From Octopus bimaculoides (lineage: Eukaryota): a DNA stretch of 64,000 nt. This document shows positions 39,749-54,260 of the stretch, piece by piece. The notes under the pieces were generated by a model. It searched no databases. It was given only the letters and a program-made list of their open reading frames with translations, and was not told the DNA's origin. The position numbers and the translations under genes were made by a program. The stretch is taken from contig NC_069006.1 in the NCBI RefSeq assembly GCF_001194135.2, positions 3,661,744 through 3,725,743 of the forward strand, in the 5' to 3' direction. How positions within the stretch are numbered: position 1 is the first letter of the stretch; the number at the start of each line of letters is the position of its first letter.

Positions 39749-42700
39749 AAAGCCTTCAATGACATCTGGCAATGGGGGAGGTGGGCAGAAAGAGAATTTT
39801 AAAAAAATGTTTTTAATTCAGAAATAAATTTAAAAAATTTCTAATGCAATAAAAAAAATTATTATAACAAAAAAAAAAAAAGAATTAAATGAATATAGAA
39901 ACAAGTTAATTAAACTATAATTAGTATTTCAATTTAGCTAACAAGTTACAACTTGTAAATTATAATAACTGGCGATTATCTTTTCACTGGCTAAAGGACA
40001 TTAAACAATGTGTTGGTTTATGGTGTATGCATCATCATCATCATCCATTTATTTATTGTTTACTTGTTTCAGTCACTAGACTGCAGCCATGCTGGAGTAC
40101 TGCCTTGGAGGCAGTACCCCAATACTCATGGTTTTGAAAGCCTCATACTTATTCTATTGGTCGCTTTTGCTGAACCACTAAGTTACAGAGATGTAAACAA
40201 ACCAACAACAGCTGCCAAAGCTGTGTGGAAGGGGGGACAAACACACACACACACACGTTGGGCTTCCACACAGTTTCTGCTTGCCAACTATCAAATTCAT
40301 TTACAAAAGACTGGTCAACCTGTGGCTACAGAAGAATACACTTACCCAAGGTTCTGTGCAGTGGGACAGAACTCAAAACTGCATGGTTGCAAAGCGAGCT
40401 TCCTAACTGCACATCCATACCAACATTTCTATAGTTTTTATCACAAAATAGATTTATTTCTTTCTACAATCTAAAATCTGAGAGCATTTGTCTTGACAAG
40501 CTTTAATTAATAAAAACACTGTAACCATCAAAACTAGTTGGTGACACGTTCATCTCCTGACATTGCATTGTTCTTATTTCCGAGAAGGAATAGAAAACTA
40601 GACTGGTTTAATTGCTTCTAAAATAGTTCAAACACAAACAGCAATGAGTCTAAGTATGTTCATTTGAATGTGTTAAAGAAAGACAGGGTCGAGGGACTGA
40701 CACAATGTTACAGGGGCCACTATATAACTATGTCAGAACAACAAGCTGCTAATGGAGCCATCAAAGGTTCAAACCACACAAAGATATCATGCAAATGTGA
40801 AATACAGCAAAATCAAGATGGAGAGGCTGGGTGGGGGTGATGGAGGGAAAGGGGAGAGGGAATAGATAAAAAAAATCCCTTGCTTTTTTTTTTTTTGCTT
40901 TATTCTTTTAGCCATGCATCATTAATTATATTTCCAGAGAAGTAATGAAAATAAACATTAAACCACTGGCAAGAAAAGGCTGTGAAGAGGGGGAGTGGGG
41001 GTGGGGCTCCTTCGGGAAGAGGAGGGGGGTATCATTAATAATCATGAGATGACAGACAATTAGACCCAAACTTAATTATTATCTTTCTACCAAACAAAAT
41101 GTAGAAGTTTCTAACCAAACAGAAAAATACAAAAAAAAAAGTCTTCCATGTTTTGATAGTATGGAAACCAGAAAGACATTCCATGATGGGAAAAAGAGAG
41201 AAAAGAAATGACTTGAGACACAATTTATGTAATTTAAGTGAAATAAGAACAGTTTAGAAATCAGGAATATGTTGTTTGAGTGTGTGTTTGTATGTATGTA
41301 CATACGTTTGTGTGTGTGCACATATATATATATTTTAGTGATAGGTAAAATGTCAAAAAGACATAATATAATGTGTACAGAGAGGAAGTGCTCAGACCAG
41401 ACTCAGTGCCTAAAATCCGGCATTGGATGAAGGGATACAGAATCCATGGAAATAAGAGTTGGATCTAGGCAATGTACAGGTCAAAACTAATATGTAGGTG
41501 TAACAGAATAAGATATGAACAGGTAGTTGCAAGACATCAAGTCATTTGTGTGCGTGTGTGTGTGTGTGTGCGTGTGCGTGTGTGTGTGGGATGGGCCAAA
41601 AATCACACCAAAATATCTGCCATTTTATTCATATTGTGTTGTTGTTATTATTATTATTATATATTTTTGTTCAGTATACATAAGTACATGTGTATTCATC
41701 ATGATTTTATTTATTTTATTCAATTCTGGAAAAACTAAAGCATGTCTTTGACAATTTCAGAGTGTTGGCCCATCCTGTAGATATGTTCTCACTTCTGTAT
41801 AAATTTGCTATAAATGACTTGATGTCTTACAACAGGCAGTTGGAAGGCATCAAGCCTGTTCATATACTATTTTATTGTTCCCTTATATAACAGTTTTCAG
41901 GTCAAGAGGGAATATTACAACAAAAGGCCAAGTGGATGTGCATATATATATATATATATATATCAGTGAAGATGTAAATAAAACAAAGACCAGGATGGTA
42001 TAAAAATGCTAACAATGGTCAGAGATGTATTAGTGGCATTACTTAGTTTAAAACCAGATATACACTGGGGACATTAAACAGTGATTATTTTTGTTTCTTT
42101 AATCAAGATTCAAACTACATATGAATAGAAAGATAATTGTTAATTCTTTCAAAAGATAGAAGTCAAAACATCAACATTTTCAACAAGCATAAAGCAGTTA
42201 TTGATAAATAATATCAACAAAGCCATAAAACTGAACTTAGGTCAGTCTTGAACCCCAGGGCTCATAAAGCAGGAACTAAATCCAGTTTCCATGGCATAAG
42301 ATTGTCTGAGATTACAACACGTTTCCACTGACAGAGACACTGGTCCTTTGCAGGCTTAAATTCCTCACTACAGTTGGAACTCAATTTTTAGCTGAGCAAA
42401 ATGAAGTACTTTGTGCAAGAACCATAATGTAACCCTTGCTCCAGGAATTGAAACTATGATCTTACACGGACACACTCTCTCAATATTTAACCAGCAAGTT
42501 GCAGAGGCTACACTGAGCTCCAAATGTCATCTTTAACATGGTTTCTACAGCTGGAAACCCTTCCTAACACTAACCACTTGACACAGTGCACTGGAGGCTT
42601 TTCTTTTTTTTTTTCTTTTTGGTGCTACCACTCCTAGTGAGGTTGCCATATATAATATTACAGTCTAATTAAGAGAAACTATTATTGTTTTGTTATAGCA

Positions 42701-42873
42701 TGTTAAGATTTGTTGTGATGGGTAAACAAAAGCGCTTATCATCAAAGAAATGATCAAGATCCATCTACAGCTGCTAACAACTTTCAACAGGATTATTACA
42801 GACAGATGAGCCTGGGCCACTACTATCAAAAATTGATTAAAGCAGTTTTGGTTTATGCTGCACTTAAGTATAA

Positions 42874-42913
<40 letters not shown>

Positions 42914-45900
42914 TGCATTTCTCTGAAAAGCCAACATGCCCACATTCAGTTTACTTAAATAGACACTATCAAATTGGTCAAAAATCTTGTGGCTGCTAGA
43001 AGAGTCAACAGACAATTTGTTCAGCTCTCATAGCTCAGTATTTATCTGCATAATAAAATTTAATCTAGAATACATTAATCTAACTGCTAAACATTGTAGT
43101 GGCACTGACATGGATTAGGGGCTGCATGTATAGAGGAGGAGGGCAGTCAGATGAAGGATATAGACAGTGCAGTCTATCTGGAAGTCTTGGAGAAGACTAT
43201 GCCTCAATATGCCAAGAGTCATTTCGATTTGGTAGAGTCATTGCTCAAAATATATGAGACCTTCAAAGGCTGAAGTGGAGATGGGTTCCATGCCAACAGA
43301 CATTGACTATGGGTCAGTCAGTCCTAAGAAGCAGGCAAAAGTTTCCACAAAAGGCACCAGACCTGTCATCAAATGCAAACAAATGAATGTGACTGGCCTC
43401 ACATCAATTGGGTTAATATTCCCTAACTTGGATAAGAAAGTCACTAAAATCAAGGAAATATGTGTGCTACACTCAGGCCAACACAATACCTGGATTTAAA
43501 TCTGATAGAAAACTTATGGAAACAGGTCAACAGAGGGAAGAAATGCAGGAAATAGATTGAATTGTAAATTATTATATGGCCACAAAGATTATTGTTCTTG
43601 ATCTTTAATGTACACATTCCATTTTATTGAGAAAAGAATTGTATTGTTTTAACTCTTTCGATGCTATCTTGCCTGAGACCACTCCTGATTCTACAAATAT
43701 AAACTTCCTGTTTTTAAAGTGACCTAAAATAAAACATTCCATCAAACTTCCATGTTTGAAATACCAGATTAATAATTCTTACAAATTTCAAAGCTAACTG
43801 AAATAAAAATGGAGTATTTCAACAGAAATACAGTAACAAAAGACTAAATGCTCTGATGTTAAAAAAAGGTTAATTTTTGTGTCAATAACCACCTTAAAAT
43901 TTTTTTTACTTACATTCTTTAAAAGTAAAAAAAATTCTCTTACTATCCATACATAGTTTGAATCGTGACTAACACAGAAATAATGAATGTGTTTAATCTT
44001 CAGTTTATAATTGTCTTTAAATTTAATGATGCCACCATATATTAAAAAACAGGTCAGGGGAGGTGTATGAAAATATTTTGGCACAAAAGAAATATATTTA
44101 AGATTTTAAAAATGGAAAAGAAAAAAAAGAAAAAAAAGTCATGTGGTGAATTACCTGTATTCGTTTTTTCTTTAAAATTCTGCTCCGCATCTCATTAACT
44201 GCATATTGTGCAGTGTCCATACTAGTAAAATAGATTAGTGCCCTGCCTTTGCAGCGATCAATCACAGCATGACTAACTTCTCCATAACGACCAAACTGTT
44301 GACACAGAAGCTTTTCCGTCACTGACTCGGACAAGTTATCAAGCCAGACACAATTGGTAGGCATACTTTTCCCGAATCCCAACTAAAAATAAAATTAAAT
44401 TAAATTGAATTAAAATTAAACAAAAAAGACTAATTATAGAAGAACAAAAATGTAAAACAATGTGAACAGAAACAAAAGAACAGTTTGTTTCATTACTATT
44501 TTAACAGGTTGATAGAAAGATTGTGGTATTTGTTTTAAACAAGCAGCATTTGACCTTAGAAGAAGGATGTTAGATCTGCTAACAGAAAACAAACACATTT
44601 TCAAACCAGATTTGCTTCAGTTCACCAGCATAACACTTAGAAAGGTTGAGGGAATTAACAAACAAAATAAATAAAAACTAAAAAGAACCTTAATTTTATT
44701 CGCTCCTATGTGTTCTCCTTCCATTTTACGTAGTGACTTGACAACACTTGTGATATCTGCATACTGTACAAATGCATAGGCTGATACTGCACCCTGGCGT
44801 TTGATATCAATATCCTGATGAAGAAAAGAAAAAAAACACACATTAAGTTTAACCTTCAAATGCAAGAAAACCATATAGAAATGGTCCAAAAACACCTAAG
44901 ATATTCAATTTACAAAAACCACATCACATACAACTGCAGAAAACTGTCAGAGTTTAATGAGAAATGGTTCCAGCTGGAGCAGAACCAAACAGAAGATCAA
45001 GGAAATGTTAGAAATGAGACAGAGAAGACACTTTTAATAAAAAAAAACATTGAATAAAATAGGTCGACTAATGTAGAAAGGATGGGAAATAATAGTTAGA
45101 TAAACAAGAGGGTCTCACTAACAAGGATATAATTTGGATTATATTAAATGATAATCATCAACAATTACCATCATTGGGAATGTTAATCTTTCTCTTCTCT
45201 ATTTGTGTTATTTTTAAATATTTCTATGATACAGTTTCCCCCCATTTGCATACTTTTGCAACAATTGCTTGTCGTTGGATGCCTTTTACTCCCAGTTCAG
45301 ACCACTCAGTTAAGAAATGAGAATGAAACCAAATTTATGAACTAAATCAAAGCCAGAAGAATTATGAACTTTGCCCTAGAGTACAACAACAACAGTTATC
45401 AACATTATCATTTAGTGTCCGTGTTTCCATGCTTGCATGGATCAGATGGAATTCATTGAGGTAGATTTTCTATGGCTAGATACCTTCATCTGTTTCCAAA
45501 CAAGGTAATACTCACTCATAGTCAGAGATGTTCTTCATGGGAATTTGCAAATAAACACCTTCACTCATAAGACAACAATGCTCATTTACAACCATCATGT
45601 GATATCAAAACAAGAGTACACACACAACAGGCTTCTTCAAGTTTCCACTCACAAGCCATGTATCAACCCCAGGCTAGAGCTGAAGACCCTTTCCTGAGGT
45701 ACCACACAGTGGGATTGAATTCAAGACCATATGGCTTGGGAGAAAGTTTCTCAACCACAGCCATTTAGCACTATGTTGTTCCACCATCAAAGCACTTATG
45801 TAAGAGACCTCCTAAGATGAAACCCAAACACCGTTAATGACTCAAGAGAAAGTGTGAGAGTGACTTACTATGATTTCTCCAAACGACTTGAAACGGTCTC

Positions 45901-48900
45901 TTAGTTCTTGTGTTGTAATCTCTTTCTCCAAGTTACCAACAAACAATGTCCGTGTGGCCTTTGGATGATATTCATCACACTCAGCCTCAGGAGGACGGAA
46001 TTCATTATCTTCAACTTCTGGGAACAAAACAGTAAAACAGAAACATAAAACAAGTTTATTAACCTCTCCAGTATCGACAATAAGCAAATCTACTTACAGA
46101 CAACTTCAGAACATAAACACACACTCTCCTTTGTGGCATATATTCACACAAGCCAATAGTTGAAGGGGCCATAATCGTTGGGTTGTTGGCACAACCCTGA
46201 ACACTTCATGTAAGAAAAAAAAGAAAGAAAGTACAGTGGCGCCTCTATATTATTATGACATAATTCATTCCAAGCCCTGTTCGTTAACCAAATCGTTTGT
46301 TGCATGAATAATTGAAAAACATACAACTAGGAGGTAATCCATTCCAAGCCACACCCACATAAAGACATGAAATGAGGTTTTATTTGTCCATCTATCAACA
46401 ACAAATCCATAGATATATACGTGTGCATATTTTGCCTCTTTGTCTTGTTTCTATCAATCTATGGTTTATGTTTTTAGCAGAATATGAGAAATGCTATTAT
46501 TTTCTGTACAAAATATGAAAATATGAAGCTACACTCCCAGCCACTTACATACATGCATAGTCTAGTGATGGTTTGTTGCTCAAATTTCAGTTTGGAAAGA
46601 GCATGGGTTCCCAGTCACTTCATGTGTTATCTGCTCATGGTCAATTGATCAAATGTAAGCTCGTATGAATTTCATATTCTTCAGAAAAACTGTTCATTTA
46701 TTCAATTAGGGAACTGTTCATACACAAGTACCCCATTCTACTTTCTTCAAACAAGGCTCAGGGAAAGTTGTTTTCTTTTTTTTCACTCAGCATTGCAGTT
46801 GCTAACAAAATGCAACAAACTTCTCACAACTTTGTAACAGAAATAAATAATTTCTGATGGTACTCAATCATATAGAATTTAAGTTTACATTCCAGTTGAC
46901 CAACCTATCTATTTACATGTGCACCTCTACTTGTTACCTATTTACTACTTATACCACCATAGAGTTCCTACACAACATCTATATATATCTGTACATCCAC
47001 ACAGTATTTTTTTAACATTTGTACTTTCATGTGGTGTCTATTCACAAGAACTTTACTCCACACATTTCAATATACAACTGTACCTCCACAGCTGCTTAGG
47101 CTAACAATATATTTGTTAAGTAAAGAGACTACTAACCTACACCTTCATGTGCCATAACTTTAATTTTCTTCCCAAAAAACATCTTATCTTGAGAAGCTTC
47201 CAAGGCCTTTGCAGCATCCTCTGGTCTGCAACAGAATGAATTTTACAAAAAGTTTACAAAAAAAACCATAAAACTAAATCTTTTCATTTCAATAGTAATG
47301 ACACAGGATAATCATGTAGATATAATCAAATGAATATACGAAGAGAGAAAACAGGAGAAGAATGATGCAAAAAACAAGAAAGTGTTAGCAACATCTGTAA
47401 ATGAAATTAAAGAATATGGAAAAAGGAACTCACTTTCTAAAACTGACCACAGAATATCGTTCTTCTCCTTGTCCTAGCACCTGCACTGAAGTTACTTTAC
47501 CATGCTTTTTGTATTCATGAAAAAGCCCATCCCTAAGGCTAGTATCTGTAAAATAAAGCAAAATTACTATTTAATTATAGTAAGACATGCAGACATTTGG
47601 ACTGTCATAAACCCAAAACAACAAGCCACAACAGATTCAATTTCTCATTTAAACTGACTGAAAATACAAAAAAAAAAACATATTTCATTTATAATTAGTG
47701 TCACTTAAAGTGTTTAATAACATCTTTTAAATTATCCAACTCCATTTTTTCACTTTAATATAAATTTAACCCTTTTGGTACCAACCTACCTATTGGTTCT
47801 GATACAAATTTTCTGATTTTAAAATGATCTAAATTAAAATTTTCCATCAAAATTTCATGTTAGTTTATATTCTAAACAATTTAATAATGACAAAAGGTAC
47901 TTTACTAATTTCTACATTATTTTTTTTAAATAATTCACACAAAAGCAGTCTATTTCAACAGAAATATGGCAAAAAAAAAGGGGGGGGGTTGTGGTTTGGC
48001 AGAGGGGACACTATATCATAATCCCTTATCATTTATGTTTCATGCTAGTATGGGTAGGAATGGTTTGACAGGATCCAAAGGGTCCCAAGAACTGCTTCAT
48101 ACTCCAGTGTCTGGCTTCGCCAGCTGGACCCTCTTCTAAATGCCAACCACTCTACAGCATATAATGGGTGCTTCTTATCATACCTCCAGCAGAAGTGAGA
48201 TTACAAGACCATGAACACCTGCAGAAGGGAAGTTGGCTTTATTTTTGAAGATGATGGGTTAAAGTATGTTGTGGAGGAGCTATATGGCAACTCACATTTT
48301 GAAGAGAGTGATTAGTAATGACAAAGGGATACAAGATTAAAAGCCTCCTATTGCTACTTACCACTGGATCGAAGAGGTAATCCCATTACACAGATTCCAA
48401 GTGGTTTCCTTTCAGAGCTCTGTGTTTCTGCCGTTGATGATTTACTTGACATCATACTCTGACTCTCCGACTTTGAGTGTTTCTGACCCGACACAGACAC
48501 TACAGGCACTCGCCGTAGACTGCCTCGGCTACTGGTTCGACTACAGAAAGAGACAAATTTACAGTTATCCAATGAAATTATAAGAGTCTTTCTTTTTAAA
48601 CGTATTTACGTGTAAAACTTATTGCTAAATCTTGGTACAAAATTTTTTCCCTTCATATTCAAACTTGATGTCAGCTTTGCCCACTGCATGAAATCGCATC
48701 TCATCCACCCCCAGTTTAAAAAGCTATTTAGTTAACTCCCTTAGAATAACAGAAATGGTTATCTCCCCTATTGCACAAGGGAGGTAAGCAGAGGGACAAC
48801 AATGCTGATTAATTCCCTTGTCTACGAGGGGAGATAACTATAGTCATTACTACAGTATACAGGAAGTTAATCGCCACCAATTGCACGAGTCGCCCGCCTT

Positions 48901-51011
48901 CTCTTCTTCCGTTCCATCAACATTAACGTCTACATGATAATTATTTCTTAATTAAGCAACAGTCTGGTGATTAATTTTCAGACAATCAGCAAAGAAGACA
49001 GTTTAATACCACCTGAAACGCTTTGCTTTTAATATCTTATCAGTAGTTGTGTTGCGCCCAGGCCAGTCTATCTTTTTTTATAAATACGTATCATGGGCTA
49101 CAACTTTATGCAGCAAAGACACTCTAATAGTCGTTTCCCAGAGAAGCAAAGGCATGAAATTTGCGGGACGGGAACAGTTGACTGCATCGATCTCAATACT
49201 TGGTAGCAGCTTTATTTGATCATTCAGAGAAATGAATGGCAAAATCGACCAGAGACAGATTTGAACTTGGAGTGGAAAGAGCCGGTATTTCGTTCAATGT
49301 TGTAATGATTCTGCGAATCCACTTCACACATATTCCGATCCACTTAGCAGAGTCAGGAGAGCACTTGAAACACTAATACTTGTTTCAAGTTTGGGGACAA
49401 GGCGAGCAATTTCGGAGGATGGGGTAGGTCGTTCACATTGATCCTCGAGCTCAACTGATACGTATTTCATCGACTGCGATGGCATTTGAACTAAGATCGT
49501 AAAAACGGACAAAATGCCACTTAACAATTCAACCAGCTTGCAATCATGGAACAATGTAATATTAAGAGTTTTGTTAGCCCTGAATATATGAAGGGCAGCA
49601 CTGCAGTGATTTTCCGTAGACATAAGAATATATTTAACCCTTTAGCATTTAAACTGGTCATATAACACCAAAATATTTCTACATGTTTTATGTTCAAACT
49701 GACCAGATCTTGCCTCTCACACCTACCCTGCAATGTCATTCTAAAGATAAACAATCACATCATTGAAATCTCAAAGATATGAGATAATGAATGATTAATT
49801 CAAAACAATGTGAATAAATAAGCATTACATGTGACAGGCTGAAGGGTTAAAATAGGTGCCACATCTGACCCAATAAATATTGTGAACCCGTCATCACTGT
49901 AAATCACCATCATGGCCGATAGAGAGTCCTGATTAAAAAGAAGAGGAAAGGAGAGAATTCTAGAAAGTGTCTTAATAATGACCTTCTGGAATGTGATCTG
50001 GAGCGACTGCTTCCCGACGAGGACTGACTGTAACCACTACTGGAACTGGAGCGCGATCGACTTCGACTGGAGGAACGAGAAACTGACACAGAACCCTTGC
50101 GTCTGCTACTATGCCGACTGCTCGCCTGGGAATTTGAACATGTCGGTGATAGTGTTGGAACCCGTGGTCGATCAAAACTCTCTCGATCGCTGGCATACTG
50201 CTCGTGATAGCGTTCATCAAAGGAATGCTTCTGCAAACTGCTTGTGATACCACTGGCTGCTGCAGCTACTGCACTGCTGCCTCCCCCACTTACAGGCACT
50301 GCACTGCTTTGGTTGACACCAGTACCACTGCTAACACCACCAGCACTCGTGCTGCCTCCACTAACTGCTGCTGTGGTACCACTCCCTGTACCACTGATAA
50401 CACTTGCTGCTGCACCTGTGGCGGCGGTGGCACCAGACACATTGGCACCGACAGATTTTGGTCGTTGAGCTGCCCTGAAATACAGAAACAGAGACAATTA
50501 TTATAGCAACAAGAAACGGTAAAAAGAAAAGTCGAAAGAGGGATGAGAGGAAATATCTAAGAGTTATAATATGGAGTCATATCACAGAAGGAGAAAGAGG
50601 TGAGGAAAATGGGTAAGGGAAGTGGCAAAAAAGGATTGTTGCAGGTATGCTTTTTATCATACTCTAAAGGTACGAAGGGCACAGCTGATCTCAGCAGAAT
50701 TTGAACTCAGAACATAAAGAGCCAGCATTCTGTTCAATGCTGTAATGATTGTGTCAGTCCACCAATCACAAATCCTCCTCCACATAGCTGAGTCTAAGGC
50801 AACTCATCTTGGTGCTGCTCTTCTCTACATTCAGCACTAGAAGCTAACAAAGCTCTAGTGATGATGAAGTTCACTTTGAAACTATGTGGTTTGAGATTCA
50901 AACCAACAGTGCAGCCCTTCTGCTAGAACTTTAAGTTCAACCAATGAATACATGAGATGTTTGATAGATGAACATTGTGCAAATGGATACCTTTCACATT
51001 TGTGAGTATCA

Positions 51012-51047
<36 letters not shown>

Positions 51048-53435
51048 CAGTACATTAAACATACTTTGTGGTATTTATTGTGCTGGAGTTGTACACACAT
51101 GGATTTGTCACATGAGCCATTAGAAATGTAATAAAACAAGTGGAACCTAAGAACCAACAACAGTCATCATCATCATCATCATCATAATAATAATGTCCTC
51201 ATTTCCATGCTTTCACAGGTGAGACAGAATCCTTTGAGGCAGGTAAGGGTAAGGTGACAAGAAAAGGATCTGACTGTAGAGAATCTGTTTCCCAGCAAGG
51301 TGATATTTCTCTATGGCTGGACATGTTTACACCAAAAATTTGGAAATGACCGACATTGCTTAACCGATTGCAACACTCGTGACTATCACATAATGTCAAG
51401 ACAATCAGAGACAGATGAACATGCATACAAATGGTTTCTTGTAATTTTTGTCTACCACATTCAATAACAGAAGACACTTGTCTAAGGTATTACAGAGTGG
51501 GACTGAATCTGAAACGACATGGTTGGATAGCCAACTTCTTAAGCATATAGGAAAGCTTTAGTGAACAATTGTTCACAAAATACAGAACATAAAATACATT
51601 TAAACAATGAGGGATCCACAATAATAGACGAGGAAGTTATATGCAAAAGAGGGAAGTGAATAATAAAGATATAAACTGTAGTATATTTAGAAATGGGAGA
51701 GACAAATGAAGGAGGAGTGGGTAATGGATTGCTAGGAAAGGCAAAGTGTATAAACAAGGAGTGGAAAATGATATGTTCAAAGTTGTATAAAGGATTGGTT
51801 TTAAAGATTTTTATGATCAAATAAAACTGGTACAAAAGAAGACATAGAAATAAAAGAAAAGTTAACTCTATGGAGGGCAGGGGAGAGGTAACCGTTTCAA
51901 CCTGTAAGTACACTCCAGTGGGTGTGAGATTTCATTTGACCTCTACCCATGGAAAACAGAAAAGTGGGCAGCTATATGGTTTATTAAATGGTGGAAATGT
52001 GGTTTCCAGCTGCAAAATACAAACCCATGCAGTGACTCACGTTTACGCTTTCCAGGAAAAATCATGCTTCAAAGTGAAACTACATATGAAAGTATACTTG
52101 TGGCTTCAAAAAAGTTAAGGTGCCATAAGTTTGAACCAAAGTTGAGAAGTGCAATGGAGGAAAGCAGGAAGGGAAGAAGGGAGCTTCAAACAAACAATTT
52201 AGAGATTATTTCTTCAAGGGATTTTCACAGAACCAATTATGTTTTTCACATTCCCTTTATAGAGCAACTGGAGTTTATTGTATTCCTTACCTGGGATTCA
52301 TTCATATGACGCATATAAAACTGAATTGTGTGAAGGATACACAAACACACACACACACACACGAGGATACCAGTATGGCTCAGTAAGAAGCTTGCTTTTC
52401 AACCATACACTTTCAGGTTCAGTCTCACTTTACAGCACTTTGGGCAAGTGTCTTCTGCTATAGGCCTAGGTCAAGCAATGATTTGTGAGTGAATTGAGCA
52501 GACAGAAACTATGCAAGAAGCTTGTTGCATGAGTGTATGTGGTGGGAGGTCATAGAAACCATGTCAGAACAGCTGACGGAACCTCATGGGGTCCCCAGCC
52601 TTACCAGCTCCTGTCAAGTCATCCGACCCATGCCAGCATGGAAAACAGATGTTGGAGGATATTGGTGCTGCTGCTGATGATGATATATAGGAACAAATAG
52701 TATGATAGGAATGAAATAGAAGAGAGGGACAGTAACAGTAGTTATAACTTTGCTGAGAGTGAGAGAGAGAGAGGGGGGGGGGGACAAACAATGAAATGAC
52801 CCATAAGCAATTAAGAAACGTGCTGATGTGCTGAAAGACTGATGTGTCAACTGAGCAGTGAAAAGACCAGTTAGTAATAAGTAGGTCAAGTTCTATACAA
52901 ATGTGACCTAAATTTATTCTATGTCAACTGTAAACCAGACAAAATTGGTGGGGAGAGGGGTCTGACTGAGGTTCTCCAGAACCCTACACCAAGAATTTTG
53001 TGATAAATAATGGTCAAGAAGCTCTATATTTCTAATTTTACTACACATGGTATACTGAAAATACTGGCATCTGTAAGTAGAAAGGAGACCTTTCAAGGAA
53101 CAATNNNNNNNNNNNNNNNNNNNNNNNNNNNNNNNNNNNNNNNNNNNNNNNNNNNNNNNNNNNNNNNNNNNNNNNNNNNNNNNNNNNNNNNNNNNNNNNN
53201 NNNNNNNNNNNNNNNNNNNNNNNNNNNNNNNNNNNNNNNNNNNNNNNNNNNNNNNNNNNNNNNNNNNNNNNNNNNNNNNNNNNNNNNNNNNNNNNNNNNN
53301 NNNNNNNNNNNNNNNNNNNNNNNNNNNNNNNNNNNNNNNNNNNNNNNNNNNNNNNNNNNNNNNNNNNNNNNNNNNNNNNNNNNNNNNNNNNNNNNNNNNN
53401 NNNNNNNNNNNNNNNNNNNNNNNNNNNNNNNNNNN

Positions 53436-53466
<31 letters not shown>

Positions 53467-54203
53467 CGCTCATGTGAGAGAAATCATTTTAACATCCACT
53501 TTTCCATGCTTGTATGGGTTGGGGGCAGTTTATTAAAGCAAATTTTCTATGGCTGGATGCTCTTCCTGTTGCCAACATTCACCTTGTTTTACCTATGGCC
53601 AAACATGCTCTTGCAGAATATTGGAATTGGAATAACATTGCTTGTATGACAGCAACCATCATTTCCAACTATCCTGCAATGTCATGTCAAGGACATGGAC
53701 ACACCTTCTGTGTAAGCATGTCTAGTCATGCAGAAATGTTGCTTTATTTGGAAACTTGGTGAGTGTGGGTAACAGGAAGAGCATCCAGCTTCAGAAAATC
53801 TGTCCAACTCATGCAAGCATGGAAAAGTGGACATTATGATGATGAGGATGATGATGACATAATAATGTTTATGTAGGGGATACTCAAAACATGGAATGTA
53901 TTCCAAAGATTCCTCAAGTATAAAAATTTGGGGGATAACAACTACAAAATATTATCCATCCATGAAGAAATTATTATAATTTGGAACGATTTTTTTCATA
54001 AATGAGTTTACTAAAATTATATCTAATTATCCCCTTACTCTCTCAAAGGGAGGGAGAGGAGAGCATTAAAAACAACTGTACTTAACACCTTAATTGAGAA
54101 AGCATTACTTAATAAGGGAGTGGATGTGTTGCATACACACAAACACAGTCATGAATGCATGTGCACATGCACAAACAAACAGCAGATCTAGAAATTCAGA
54201 TTG

Positions 54204-54260
<57 letters not shown>

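Larger units (their letters stand above)
2629..53435. other. Eight assembly gaps: 2629-3599, 4371-5179, 12628-12844, 32376-32927, 33895-34282, 36503-36628, 37495-37855, 53105-53435
   Basis: N runs, mostly abutting microsatellites or tandem repeats. None interrupts a traced exon, but small exons could be hidden in them. Confidence 0.98.

Noticed and set aside
49324-49623. 99-aa minus-strand ORF between spen exons
   Set aside because: Overlaps a decayed SINE copy and is not needed for phase continuity between exons 49983 and 48540.
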